Made by a program: the position numbers and the translations under genes. Source: Octopus bimaculoides (taxonomy: Eukaryota). From it: DNA of 33,207 bases. The notes below the pieces were generated by a model that saw only the letters and a program-made list of their open reading frames with translations, did not search any database and was not told where the DNA came from. Each line of letters opens with the position of its first letter. Position 1 is the stretch's first letter. This document shows positions 33,174 through 33,207 of the stretch, in pieces. The DNA lies in the NCBI RefSeq assembly GCF_001194135.2, contig NC_069009.1, positions 1,063,456 to 1,096,662 on the forward strand, written 5' to 3'.

Positions 33174-33207
<34 letters not shown>

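Overview
AT-rich, microsatellite- and SINE-rich animal genomic DNA with seven N-gaps. The tRNA-derived SINEs, RTE LINE fragments and the long [14 protein letters not shown]-type C2H2 zinc-finger array point to a coleoid cephalopod, probably Octopus (inference). The ORF track hides the genes because they are spliced; I rebuilt them by hand from GT-AG sites and reading-frame phase. Gene A (+, 2717-8490, 8 coding exons, 359 aa) is a type I membrane protein: signal peptide, three Ig-like domains lacking the canonical Ig disulfide, a transmembrane helix and a short tail. Gene C (-, 16935-12174, 5 coding exons, 244 aa) is a secreted protein with a PAN/Apple domain plus an uncharacterised C-terminal domain. 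A 14-finger C2H2 ZNF ORF (+, 24933-26132) is flanked by decayed fingers. Gene B (-, about 29798-26861) is a paralogue of A with one Ig-like exon and an out-of-frame TM exon. Gene D (-, 32544-32175) is the last two exons of a paralogue of C. The best candidate for an undescribed system is this interleaved cluster of non-canonical Ig-like receptors and secreted PAN-domain proteins. No database search was possible, so family names and novelty are untested.
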